IMG/VR virus record: IMGVR_UViG_3300036787_000081
Location: 1-24,966 of that record
Reading direction: 5' to 3' (one strand)
Origin: a virus
Lineage: Duplodnaviria > Caudoviricetes
Length of the DNA: 24,966 bases
Positions 1 through 8,705 of the stretch are shown here, in pieces (positions within the stretch are counted from its first letter, which is position 1; each line of letters opens with the position of its first letter). The notes below the pieces were generated by a model. It worked only from the letters and a program-made list of their open reading frames with translations. It had not been told where the DNA came from and did no database searches. The position numbers and the translations under genes are program-made.

Positions 1-53
1 GGGAAATCATTCCCGCAAGACGTTATGTCGAAAGAACATTCTGCTATCCTACC

Positions 54-69
54 AGCATATGCCATGCCA
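54..69 (-). promoter_or_regulatory. Putative sigma54 (-24/-12) promoter, leftward, copy 1
   Basis: Reverse complement reads TGGCATGGCATATGCT, fitting TGGCA-N7-TGC(W). 15/16 identical to the copy at 211-226. Confidence 0.45.
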
Positions 70-210
70 TCCTATGATGCCGGCCTTGCTATTTGTCATT
101 CAAAGCTATGCCAACGGTGCTTGCGCATGATAAGCCAATAACCTTTTATCTCCGCTTTGCGGTCAGCCTGATGGCTGGATTAGCTTATTCCCGCCGGCAA
201 GACTCTATAG

Positions 211-227
211 AGCATTTGCCATGCCAA
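211..227 (-). promoter_or_regulatory. Putative sigma54 (-24/-12) promoter, leftward, copy 2
   Basis: Reverse complement reads TTGGCATGGCAAATGCT with correct GG/GC spacing. Overlaps an imperfect palindrome at 196-220 (GGCAA..CTCTATAGAG..TTGCC). Confidence 0.5.
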
Positions 228-367
228 GAGGTCTAGCCAATAGAATATCCTCGGCAGGATGACCCTCCCCCACCCCTTCGTTTTTGGTGAGCGATATGTG
301 TTGGATGGCCCCTCGACAAACCGCATCAAATTTTACAACTCCCTGAAATACTAGCATTGATAGGATT

Positions 368-394
368 AGTCTGTATTGATTATTAATATAGACT
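368..394. promoter_or_regulatory. 27-bp pseudo-palindromic motif, copy 1 (intergenic, upstream of terS)
   Basis: AGTCTGTATT-GATTATT-AATATAGACT. Its reverse complement is 25/27 identical to the copy at 15241. Confidence 0.8.
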
Positions 395-673
395 GCGGCA
401 AGGCATCCCATCAAAAGATTGATGTTGATTCTTATGGGTAGTAGTGCTAACTTGACTTCAATGAAAGCTATGCCAGCAATCGTAGGCGCAAAGGATGGGA
501 TGGCGGGGATGCGTCCACCGGCAGGTGTGAGTGCGGACTATGGGACGGAGATTAGGACACTGTTGGAACGCCAACCGTTGAATCCTTTTAAGAGGATGGA
601 GTTTAGGGTGTTGTCTTTCAGACCCGCCACGCAAAGCGTGCAAGCAACCCTTGGGCAAGAAGTTATTGTTTGA

Positions 674-1207
674 ATGGAAACAATCCCAGACATTTTTGAA
701 TCGTTCGCAGGAGAGCAGCGAGATGAGTCTGTATTGATTACTAATACAGACAAAGAACCCCGACCCCTGTTCAATGGCCGGCAGCCCTCCTATGTGCTAA
801 AGGCCGAGCGTCCAGAACATCGTATTATCATAATGTTAAAAGCGGCGGGACGAACGAACATTGAAATTGCAGAGGCGACTGGTACGACGCCGGTTCATGT
901 ATCCCATATTGTTAAACAACCGTGGGCGGTTGAACAGATTCTTAAAGAGATTGAGAATACGGGTCGTCAACCTGTCATCGAGATGCTTCAAGACGCTACG
1001 GTAGCCGCTGCACAGTTTCAGATTGATTTATTAAATGACAAGGAGGCTAATAAAGAAACCCGGCGGAAGGCTTCTGACAGTATCCTTGATAGAGTTCTCG
1101 GCAAGGCAAATCAACCTTTTTCTGTCGACGATAAACGCAAGCCAGAAGACATGACTCTTGAGGAAATAGACAAACGTCTTTCTGAACTTCATGCAAAACA
1201 AAATTAA
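674..1207 (+). CDS. terS: Terminase small subunit (HTH DNA-binding)
   Basis: 177 aa with an HTH (GRTNIEIAEATGTTPVHVSHIV) and a helical 'RRKASDSILDRVLGK' segment typical of TerS. Overlaps the start of terL. Confidence 0.75.
   Translation: METIPDIFESFAGEQRDESVLITNTDKEPRPLFNGRQPSYVLKAERPEHRIIIMLKAAGRTNIEIAEATGTTPVHVSHIVKQPWAVEQILKEIENTGRQPVIEMLQDATVAAAQFQIDLLNDKEANKETRRKASDSILDRVLGKANQPFSVDDKRKPEDMTLEEIDKRLSELHAKQN
726..752. promoter_or_regulatory. 27-bp pseudo-palindromic motif, copy 2 (inside terS)
   Basis: AGTCTGTATT-GATTACT-AATACAGACA, with perfect 9-bp arms GTCTGTATT/AATACAGAC. Confidence 0.75.
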
Positions 1208-2747
1208 TTTAGAGATTAGTCTTTACGAAGAACGTAAGCGCATTATGAAGGTGCGCTCATCGTTTAGGGAGTGGTGTCTTATTAATGGTTATATTCCGGC
1301 AGTTCATCACGAACTCATCATCAAGGAACTCCAAGAACTAGTCGATCGGCTTATTGCTACTCTAACAAAAGGTCCAATCGAAGGTGAGGAAGGGCTTCGC
1401 TTGATGGTATTAGAGCCGCCGGGTTCTGCTAAGAGCACTTATATTTCTAAACTATTTCCACCATGGTTTCTTGCTCAAATAAATGAACATATTAAAGAAC
1501 TCGGTATCCTTGCCTGCTCCCATTCCGGCGACCTTGCTTCGGACTTTGGTCGGTCGGCGCGTAATCTCGTGGAATCAAACGAGCGTTGGCTCGGTTATTC
1601 ACTTACACCTGATTCTCGAGCCGCGGACAAATGGGCAACCACCAACAGAGGTTATTATCAATCAGCCGGCGTCGGTGCTGGTATATCGGGACGGCGTGCT
1701 CATTTGGGAGTCATAGATGACTTCTGCGGTACGGAGGAAGAAGCTTCTTCAAAGACCTTTAATGACAAAATCTGGATATGGTATCAAAATGACTTTATTC
1801 CGCGTTTGCAACCTCATGCAGCGAGAGTCATTATTGCTAATCATCGGAATGAAGACGACCTAGTCGGTCGCTTGATGGTAAGTGAAGTCAGCAAGTGGAG
1901 GATTATACGGTTGAGGCTGATTATCGAGACGGAGGAACAAGCTGCTCAAGACCCATTAGGACGTAAGGTTGGTCAGTGGCTCTGGCCGGAGTATTTCACA
2001 AAAGAAATGGTTGAGGAGCGGATGCAAAACCCACGTGCCTCCGGCATCCAACAGCAGGAACCGTCACCTGAAAAGGGAGGGTTCTTTCAGAAAGACTGGA
2101 TTGATAATTGTTTATACAAGCCCTCTGAACTTCCATCATTAATGGACTGTCGTTCTTATGCAGCATCTGACCATGCTGTGCGCGTAAAGCAACAGAATGA
2201 TTTAACATGTATGGGGATTGGACTGTGGGCTAACGGGTTGTTGTATATTCATCCTGACTTAGTGTGGGATAGAATTAAGTCTAACAAGGCAATAGACGAG
2301 ATGATGAGGATTGGTAGGATGTATCAACCACTATATTGGTGGGCGGAGAGGGAAAACATTTCAGGTTCTATTGGGCCAATCTTACAAGATGTGATGATGG
2401 ACGCACATAATTGGCTTAATATAGTTGAGTTACCTACTGGTAATAAAGACTTAATGGCTCGTTCACAATCTATTAATGCACTAATGGCGATGGGTAAAGT
2501 GCGTTGGCCGGGATTTGCTCCGTGGTTTCAAAGAGCACGACGGGAAATGCTTTTGTTCCCTAATGGTTCACACGACGATTTTATTTCTTTCATTGCTCAT
2601 TTAGGTCGTGGTGTTCATAGTATGGTTACAAAGACAAAGAAGATTGAACCTAAATTTGTAGAACAGGTTGGCTACGGCATCACCATAAACTCAATCCGCC
2701 GTCAGATGAATCACGATAAACGCACTGCGTCGTTTGCTACCCGATGA
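1191..2747 (+). CDS. terL: Terminase large subunit
   Basis: Walker A EPPGSAKSTY; GVGAGISGRRAHLGVIDD (Walker B); EDDLVGRL; LWPEYF; C-terminal RNase H-like nuclease (ASDHAV, WAERE, FPNGSHDD). Sits directly before the portal. Confidence 0.95.
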   Translation: MQNKINLEISLYEERKRIMKVRSSFREWCLINGYIPAVHHELIIKELQELVDRLIATLTKGPIEGEEGLRLMVLEPPGSAKSTYISKLFPPWFLAQINEHIKELGILACSHSGDLASDFGRSARNLVESNERWLGYSLTPDSRAADKWATTNRGYYQSAGVGAGISGRRAHLGVIDDFCGTEEEASSKTFNDKIWIWYQNDFIPRLQPHAARVIIANHRNEDDLVGRLMVSEVSKWRIIRLRLIIETEEQAAQDPLGRKVGQWLWPEYFTKEMVEERMQNPRASGIQQQEPSPEKGGFFQKDWIDNCLYKPSELPSLMDCRSYAASDHAVRVKQQNDLTCMGIGLWANGLLYIHPDLVWDRIKSNKAIDEMMRIGRMYQPLYWWAERENISGSIGPILQDVMMDAHNWLNIVELPTGNKDLMARSQSINALMAMGKVRWPGFAPWFQRARREMLLFPNGSHDDFISFIAHLGRGVHSMVTKTKKIEPKFVEQVGYGITINSIRRQMNHDKRTASFATR

Positions 2748-4858
2748 ACGAGCAAGACACATTACAATCCCCCGACCCTCAAGCCCCGGTTGACCTTCCG
2801 CCGGCAAACCCGGCAGACAACCGCTTAGAGGTTGAGACAGTTAAACGCTGGACGTCTATCATCAAAAAGGCTAAAACCTATTTCGATGAGGACTTCAAGC
2901 GTATGCGCTCCAACATGGATTTCGCTGCCGGGTTGCAGTATGAAGGTCAAGACAAGATGGAGGAAGATAGGTATATTGCTAATTTTATCACCCATCAGAC
3001 GAATCAGAAAACTGCTACGTTGTATGCTAAAAATCCCAAAGCCGAGTGGAAGAAAAGGAAACGCCTTGAGTATCAGTTGTGGGATGGTAAGGTAGAATCC
3101 TTGTGGGCAGCAGCAGTTGAGCTTCAACGTGCTGCGATGGAAGGCCCATCACCAATGACCATCCAAGCCCAGATGATGATGCAGGATTATCAACGAGGAC
3201 AACAGATTGAAAAGCAGTATCAGAAAATGGGTGAAACATTGGAGATTTTGTATCAATATGAATGTGATACACAAGAGCCGGATTTTAAGTTACAAATGAA
3301 GCAGCTTGTGCGAAGGACGGTTATTACCGGCGTAGGTTTTGTGCGATTGAATTATTTTAACAATCTCAATCACGTTATTACCTCTGCTAATAATGATGAT
3401 TCTATTGTTATGCGACTCAAGAGAGCAAAGTATATTATGTCGCAAATACAGGAGGATAAGGTTCAAGAAGACGATCCTCGAATGGAGGAGTTACGCTTAC
3501 TTCTCACTGGAGCCGCCCAGTCGATTCAGACGAATGATACTGATGACCTTCAGGAGTCATTAGAATTTGATTTTCTTTCATCCACCTCGGTAATAGTAGA
3601 CCCTAAATGTCAATCACTTAAGGGCTTTATTGGTGCCGATTGGATTGCTATTGAGTTTTTATTGGAGCTTGACGAGGCTAATGCGTATTTTGAATTGTCT
3701 GGCACGAAAGCAATTACCACTGATGCTGATACAATTATTTACGACAACGAGTCAAAGCAAGAGGTTAAAGAATCGTTGACAAAGAATAATCCCAAGGATG
3801 AAACCAAAAAGCCAATGGGACGTTTCTTTGAAGTATTCAACCGCCGGGATAAGACATATTTCTTTATCTGTGATGGGTATAAGTTTTATGTTCAGGAGCC
3901 ACAACCGCTTAACCCGCCGATTAAACGTTTCTGGCCGGTGTTTGCTTTAACATTTAATGACGTCGAACCGGGTGATGGGTCGAAGGCACGGATTTATCCG
4001 CCGTCGGATGTGCAGCTTCTCAAACCGATGCAGAGGGAGATTAACCGGGAGCGTCAGCAGTTAAGAGAGCATCGGACGTCGAATAGTCCTTTCTTCCTCA
4101 CGACAGAGGGTTGGTTAGCCGAGGAAGATGAGGAAAAGCTAAGTAAGCACGAGAACAACGAGATCGTTAAACTTAAAGCCACTCCTCCCGGCGGTGATTT
4201 GAAGTCCGCCATCGTTCAATTCCAGCCCGCTCCAATCGACCCGGCGGTTTATAACACCGACCCTATTATTGCAGACGCGGCAATGGTTACTGGGCAACAA
4301 CAGCAGGTAGGACAAAAGACGCAAAGAAATGTAGCAGCTACTCCCGCCGTTATTCAAGAGCAATCACGAGTGACAGAAGTATCATCCAATGTTGATGATC
4401 TTGATGATTTGCTTACACAGTTGTCTAATGCCGGTGGTGAGATGATTATTCGGGCATTTCAGAATGAGACTGTGCAAAAGATTGTAGGGCCGGGTGCTGC
4501 CATTTTACCAGATGATAGGAGTGAACTTTGTAAGAATCTTTTCCTTCAAACCGTTGCTGCTTCCAGTGGACGCCCGAATAAGGCTATTGATGTGCAAAAT
4601 GCGCAACAGCTTGTGCCATTGATGTTAAACGCCGGGGCAAATCCGTGGGGTATTATACAGTATGTTGCAAAGACCCTTGACGCTAATTTGAACCCTACAG
4701 ACTTTGCTCCCGTTGCTCCACCACAGCAACCTCAACAAGGTGTGCAACAACATCAAGCCCCACAGCATAGTCAACAACAACGTCATCCCGGTATTGTTGG
4801 TCAGCACGCTGGTGGTCAGCCTATGCCAGTTGGCACACAGCAGGGAGGCTTACATTGA
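2744..4858 (+). CDS. Portal protein
   Basis: 704 aa, directly after terL (ATGA overlap). Podovirus/P22-like portal size and features (TATLYAKNPK, LLKPMQREINR, helical C-terminus with Gln-rich tail). Confidence 0.85.
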   Translation: MNEQDTLQSPDPQAPVDLPPANPADNRLEVETVKRWTSIIKKAKTYFDEDFKRMRSNMDFAAGLQYEGQDKMEEDRYIANFITHQTNQKTATLYAKNPKAEWKKRKRLEYQLWDGKVESLWAAAVELQRAAMEGPSPMTIQAQMMMQDYQRGQQIEKQYQKMGETLEILYQYECDTQEPDFKLQMKQLVRRTVITGVGFVRLNYFNNLNHVITSANNDDSIVMRLKRAKYIMSQIQEDKVQEDDPRMEELRLLLTGAAQSIQTNDTDDLQESLEFDFLSSTSVIVDPKCQSLKGFIGADWIAIEFLLELDEANAYFELSGTKAITTDADTIIYDNESKQEVKESLTKNNPKDETKKPMGRFFEVFNRRDKTYFFICDGYKFYVQEPQPLNPPIKRFWPVFALTFNDVEPGDGSKARIYPPSDVQLLKPMQREINRERQQLREHRTSNSPFFLTTEGWLAEEDEEKLSKHENNEIVKLKATPPGGDLKSAIVQFQPAPIDPAVYNTDPIIADAAMVTGQQQQVGQKTQRNVAATPAVIQEQSRVTEVSSNVDDLDDLLTQLSNAGGEMIIRAFQNETVQKIVGPGAAILPDDRSELCKNLFLQTVAASSGRPNKAIDVQNAQQLVPLMLNAGANPWGIIQYVAKTLDANLNPTDFAPVAPPQQPQQGVQQHQAPQHSQQQRHPGIVGQHAGGQPMPVGTQQGGLH

Positions 4859-5019
4859 AAGTTGAAACACACAATTTTATCTACCTCACACCCCCTGATA
4901 GCAAAGGGCCGTTGTTGGTTATTATACGAAAACCCATTGGTGGTGGTGTGATGGTTGTAACGAACATTATAACCGTGGAAGATATACAGGCTTTGCAGAC
5001 GCTTACAAAGCCACAATAA
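4855..5019 (+). CDS. Small hypothetical protein (54 aa, TTG start; not in ORF track)
   Basis: GGAGG SD just upstream of a TTG that overlaps the portal TGA. Reads MKVETHNFIYLTPPDSKGPLLVIIRKPIGGGVMVVTNIITVEDIQALQTLTKPQ* and fills the portal-scaffold gap exactly. Confidence 0.5.
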   Translation: MKVETHNFIYLTPPDSKGPLLVIIRKPIGGGVMVVTNIITVEDIQALQTLTKPQ

Positions 5020-5022
5020 TTT

Positions 5023-6060
5023 ATGACAAAAGAAACCACAGACGCTAATACCGTAGAGCAGCCGTCTACCTCTACCGACGATAATGGTGCTGATTCGTCA
5101 CAGCAACAACAGGACGTAAATACGAATCAGTCGAATGATAGTAGCGATACTAATCAAACTACTGACGATGGTGATGGAGCATTGCAAGACAATGGAACGT
5201 CCGCCAATACCACTGGTGACGATAATACTGACGACCAGAATAATAGTCAGCAACAGCAAGATGTAAAGGGAGAAGAAGACCCTAACGTCGTGTTGGACAA
5301 ACCCGAAGATAAAGACCTACCGTTCCACAAAGAACCCCGCTTTCAGGAATTAGTCACGCAAAAGAACGAAGCACGTCAACAATTAGAGGCTGTAAAGCCC
5401 TTGGCTGACCAAGCTCGTGCTTTGCAAGACTATATGACGAGTAATGGTATTCCTCCTCAAGAGTTGCAGGCGTTTTTAGAGTATGCTACCTTAAAACGAA
5501 CAAACCCACAGTTAGCGTTTGAACGTTTGCAAGGTGACTATAACGCGCTTGCACTTATGAATGGTGCTTCATTACCACCAGACCTACAAGCGGAAGTTGC
5601 TGCTGCAACAATGTCACCAGAACGTGCTAAAGAAATTGCACGCCTTAGGGGGCAGACGCAGTATCAATCATGGCAACAGCAGAATGGTCAAATGAACCAA
5701 CAACAACAACAGGTTCAAATGATACAGGCTGCTTCAAGCCAGTGGACACAGAATAAACAAATCGCAGACCCCGACCTCAAGCCGGGTTCTAATTTGTGGC
5801 AGTTGGTGCAAGACAAGATAGACGCTCAACCTCCTTTCCGGTCGCCTCAAGAGGCGTATGCCGGTTCAGAGAAAGCATATACAGATGCTAAAGCATTTCT
5901 TGCTAAACTCCGGCCGCATCAGGTAGTTCCAAATCGTCGAGTTAACCAACATCGAAATTCTTCTGCAAACGAAGAGGTGGTTGTCAAAACAGCCGAGGAT
6001 GTTACAAAGCTGTTTATCGCTAATGGCGGTAGACGTCCAACTCGAATCAAATACGCATAA
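5023..6060 (+). CDS. Capsid assembly scaffolding protein
   Basis: Located between portal and capsid. Acidic, low-complexity N-terminus, PFHKEPRFQEL motif followed by coiled coil, basic C-terminus. Confidence 0.75.
   Translation: MTKETTDANTVEQPSTSTDDNGADSSQQQQDVNTNQSNDSSDTNQTTDDGDGALQDNGTSANTTGDDNTDDQNNSQQQQDVKGEEDPNVVLDKPEDKDLPFHKEPRFQELVTQKNEARQQLEAVKPLADQARALQDYMTSNGIPPQELQAFLEYATLKRTNPQLAFERLQGDYNALALMNGASLPPDLQAEVAAATMSPERAKEIARLRGQTQYQSWQQQNGQMNQQQQQVQMIQAASSQWTQNKQIADPDLKPGSNLWQLVQDKIDAQPPFRSPQEAYAGSEKAYTDAKAFLAKLRPHQVVPNRRVNQHRNSSANEEVVVKTAEDVTKLFIANGGRRPTRIKYA
5040..5105 (+). promoter_or_regulatory. Two tandem H-type pseudoknot-like RNA elements in the 5' coding region of the scaffold gene
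   Basis: Unit 1: AGACG 5040-44 pairs with CGTCT 5063-67, crossed by GTAGAG 5053-58 / CTCTAC 5070-75. Unit 2: GACGA 5077-81 / TCGTC 5095-99, crossed by TGCTG 5088-92 / CAGCA 5101-05. Both start GACGNTAA. Confidence 0.5.
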
Positions 6061-6065
6061 AAAAT

Positions 6066-7109
6066 ATGGCAACATTAGGTTATCAAACGGCAGGTGATTT
6101 GGGTGCATTGCTTTTGCCCCTCTATGTGAGAGGTGATGCAGTTGCTCAAACAATACAGAAAAAGCCCATGCTTAAGTGGTGGGAGGAACATAAAGAGACC
6201 TTCTCTGGAGGGTTGAACTTTGAGATTAGCGACAACGTGCAGGGGGCGTTCATGTCTGATACACAGACGTTGACTGGTTATTCTAATGACGACCAGCTCT
6301 CGTTCGGTCAAGCAATGAATACCATCCGCACGGCGTTCTATGGGAAGGAACACAACTGGGGCTTGACTATCTCCTGGACGGAGTTAAAGCAGGCTGGTAT
6401 TACCATTGACAACAAACAAGCGATACGTAATCATAGTGAACAAGATTTGTATGTTCTTACGAAACTGTATAAGAATCGTATGTCGGACTTTATTGAATCT
6501 TATTCACGATTGAAGGCTCGTTTGTTCTTCTTGGATGGTTCCCAAGACCCGAAGGCGATGCCGGGATTTAAGAGTATTATTACTGATACTCCCACAATTG
6601 GCACGACTGGTGGCATTAGTCGTTCTGCTAATCCTTGGTGGCAGCACCGGGCGAATCTCGCTTTGGCTACGTCACCCAATGATCAAACACTCTGTCGCTT
6701 CTTCCAGACAGAATTGCGTATGCTCAAACTGTTTGAAGGCGAGCCCAATGTGGCATTTTGTGGAAATGACTTCCTCAACGCTCTTGAGGCTGAAATTCGT
6801 GCGAAAGGCACATACACTATGGAGGGTTTTACCTCCAAGGGTAAGAATGACTTTGGACAAGCCGACATCTCCCTTAAGGGTCTTGGTACTTTTACGTGGG
6901 AACCAATGCTTGACCAACTAGGGGAAGGAAAACGTTGTTATATTCTTGACTCGCGCCGGATTCATGTCCGCCCGATGCAAGATGAGGATGATAAGACGCT
7001 CACGCCTACTCGTCCATATAATTATCTCATGTTCTTCCATAATATCACTTGGACGGGCACAATGACTACAACGCAGTTGAATTGTCATGGTGTGTATTCA
7101 TTGGCTTAA
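6066..7109 (+). CDS. Major capsid protein (HK97 fold, podovirus type)
   Basis: 347 aa after the scaffold. Motifs GFKSIITDTPTIGTTGGISRSANPWWQ, CYILDSRRI and TWTGTMTTTQLNCHGV resemble podovirus major capsid proteins. Confidence 0.88.
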   Translation: MATLGYQTAGDLGALLLPLYVRGDAVAQTIQKKPMLKWWEEHKETFSGGLNFEISDNVQGAFMSDTQTLTGYSNDDQLSFGQAMNTIRTAFYGKEHNWGLTISWTELKQAGITIDNKQAIRNHSEQDLYVLTKLYKNRMSDFIESYSRLKARLFFLDGSQDPKAMPGFKSIITDTPTIGTTGGISRSANPWWQHRANLALATSPNDQTLCRFFQTELRMLKLFEGEPNVAFCGNDFLNALEAEIRAKGTYTMEGFTSKGKNDFGQADISLKGLGTFTWEPMLDQLGEGKRCYILDSRRIHVRPMQDEDDKTLTPTRPYNYLMFFHNITWTGTMTTTQLNCHGVYSLA

Positions 7110-7110
7110 G

Positions 7111-7137
7111 AGTTCATATTAATAATTAATACAGACT
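7111..7137. promoter_or_regulatory. 27-bp pseudo-palindromic motif, copy 3 (fills the gap after the capsid gene)
   Basis: AGTTCATATT-AATAATT-AATACAGACT; 24/27 identical to the copy at 15241. Ends 2 nt before ATG 7140. Confidence 0.75.
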
Positions 7138-7139
7138 AA

Positions 7140-7970
7140 ATGATTATGAAAAAACTTCTTATCTCGCTTGGCGTAGTGGCCGGTTTGACGGTCTCCGCAC
7201 AAACAGGAATCATTAATTACAAGGAGTCCTCACTCCTATCGGGTTGGAATGTGTATCTGACTAACAGCATGACGACAGGGCCGGGTGCCACGAACCTGTA
7301 TACGACACGAAACGGTCAGATTCTTTTTGCCAACACTAACAACACTATTAATGGTGTATTGAATACGAATATCCTTGCTCCCGACGCGTTTAATCTCGCG
7401 GGTGTGAAGTTATCCTACGACGCTAATGGTAACTTCAATGCCAATTCCGCTATTCATGTGTTGTTGAATCAAACAAATCTTATTCCCATTGCGGTGACTA
7501 ATTCGCAAGGACAATGGTTTGTGGGAACACAGGCAACTACCAACAACTATCCTTATCAGAACCTTCCCGGTAACTGGGTGGGATGGCCGTTGGCGGCGTC
7601 GACGTATCCAGCATGGATGTATCCGGCGACGACGAATACTTACTTGGGTCTACCCTCGACGACGTCGACGAATAATCTAACGTTTTATTTCCAACGTGGC
7701 TGGTCTTATTCGCTTGGGGATAACGCGTCGTATACAGTATGGGACACTGGCACAAACATCTTCCAATTCACTTACAATGGTGCATTGGTTGCTGGTGGGG
7801 CAGTATGGGCTGTAGCAGGGACACCACAGACTATTATAACGAATCTACCAACTGCCTTCACGCAAGGTGCGGATATGGTTCGTTGTGCAGGGATTGTGGA
7901 AGCGACAGGGACTGGGAATGTTCCTTCGGTTTACATCCTTAATGCCTTAAGTATTGGTCAACCACAGTAA
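7140..7970 (+). CDS. Signal-peptide-bearing beta-rich protein at the capsid-decoration position (alternative start 7146)
   Basis: MKKLLISLGVVAGLTVSA|Q is a typical Sec/SPI signal. The mature part is Thr/Asn/Gly-rich. Directly follows the capsid gene. Confidence 0.7.
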   Translation: MIMKKLLISLGVVAGLTVSAQTGIINYKESSLLSGWNVYLTNSMTTGPGATNLYTTRNGQILFANTNNTINGVLNTNILAPDAFNLAGVKLSYDANGNFNANSAIHVLLNQTNLIPIAVTNSQGQWFVGTQATTNNYPYQNLPGNWVGWPLAASTYPAWMYPATTNTYLGLPSTTSTNNLTFYFQRGWSYSLGDNASYTVWDTGTNIFQFTYNGALVAGGAVWAVAGTPQTIITNLPTAFTQGADMVRCAGIVEATGTGNVPSVYILNALSIGQPQ

Positions 7971-7979
7971 ACATTAATT

Positions 7980-8004
7980 GGAAGGGGAAGTGACTAACCC
8001 TTCC
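7980..8004 (+). other. Intergenic stem-loop (mRNA stabiliser or weak terminator)
   Basis: GGAAGGG-11 nt loop-CCCTTCC. No U-tract follows, so it is not a canonical intrinsic terminator. Confidence 0.45.
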
Positions 8005-8017
8005 TAGAAAGAACAAA

Positions 8018-8704
8018 ATGGAAATAGCTAACGGAAGATTGAGATTGAACAAAGTCGGGTCTGATGTGCCTATTAAGGACTTCACTCCGGCAGAAGCGAT
8101 GCTTTTACACATTCTCCACGGCCCCGCTAATGGTGGGTTGACTTTTGGTGAAGAGTTTAAGCATATTGAGGTTGTGGGAACAGCTAAAGTGCAAGTCAAG
8201 GCAAGTATTCCCGAAGTGAGGGAGCCGGATTTTGAAACACCGGCAGTTGCAGAACAACGGATTCCCGGTAAGATTATTAAAGTGGGTGTTCCTGCCGTTG
8301 AAGCAAAACCGGCAATTCCTCCTGTTGGAAAGCCGGGCGACCCTAATTATGAACCAATGGTTCCAGCAGTTGAAGCAAAGCAAGCCATTCCTGAAGTTAG
8401 GGAGCCTGACCAAATTGTGCCGGCCAAGTCCCCACAGTTAGTTCGTGGTAAGGTTTTGCAAGTTGCAGTTCCTGCCGTCCTCCGTGACCGCACTAACGCT
8501 GAGGAACGTCGTCGCCTTGCTTCCAAGTATCAAGCGAGGAATAAAGATAATAAATTCATTATTGACGAGGTGTGGCCGGATAAAATTAGTCCGAACCTTC
8601 CAGTTAAATTCAAAGACATTCCGTGGGCTTCTGCCTCTAGTGCAAACATTGAGGCAGCGTCTGTGAATTATGTAACTGGTTCTGTCGAATCCAAACAAAT
8701 ATAA
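8018..8704 (+). CDS. Hypothetical phage protein with internal Pro/Val/Glu-rich duplication
   Basis: 228 aa, tightly packed in the operon. IPEVREPD...GK..V.VPAV occurs twice, 60 aa apart. Confidence 0.75.
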   Translation: MEIANGRLRLNKVGSDVPIKDFTPAEAMLLHILHGPANGGLTFGEEFKHIEVVGTAKVQVKASIPEVREPDFETPAVAEQRIPGKIIKVGVPAVEAKPAIPPVGKPGDPNYEPMVPAVEAKQAIPEVREPDQIVPAKSPQLVRGKVLQVAVPAVLRDRTNAEERRRLASKYQARNKDNKFIIDEVWPDKISPNLPVKFKDIPWASASSANIEAASVNYVTGSVESKQI

Positions 8705-8705
8705 C

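Noticed and set aside
205-774. Short ORFs 205-414(-), 419-673(+), 458-658(-) and 538-774(-)
   Set aside because: They overlap each other, have no recognisable motifs and lie over a repeat-rich regulatory region. 419-673 cannot be excluded but has no positive support.
7348-7380. TATT-N7-AATA match inside the 7140 gene (GGTGTATT GAATACG AATATCC)
   Set aside because: Lacks the GTC/GAC outer arms and the RATWATY core; likely chance in AT-rich DNA.
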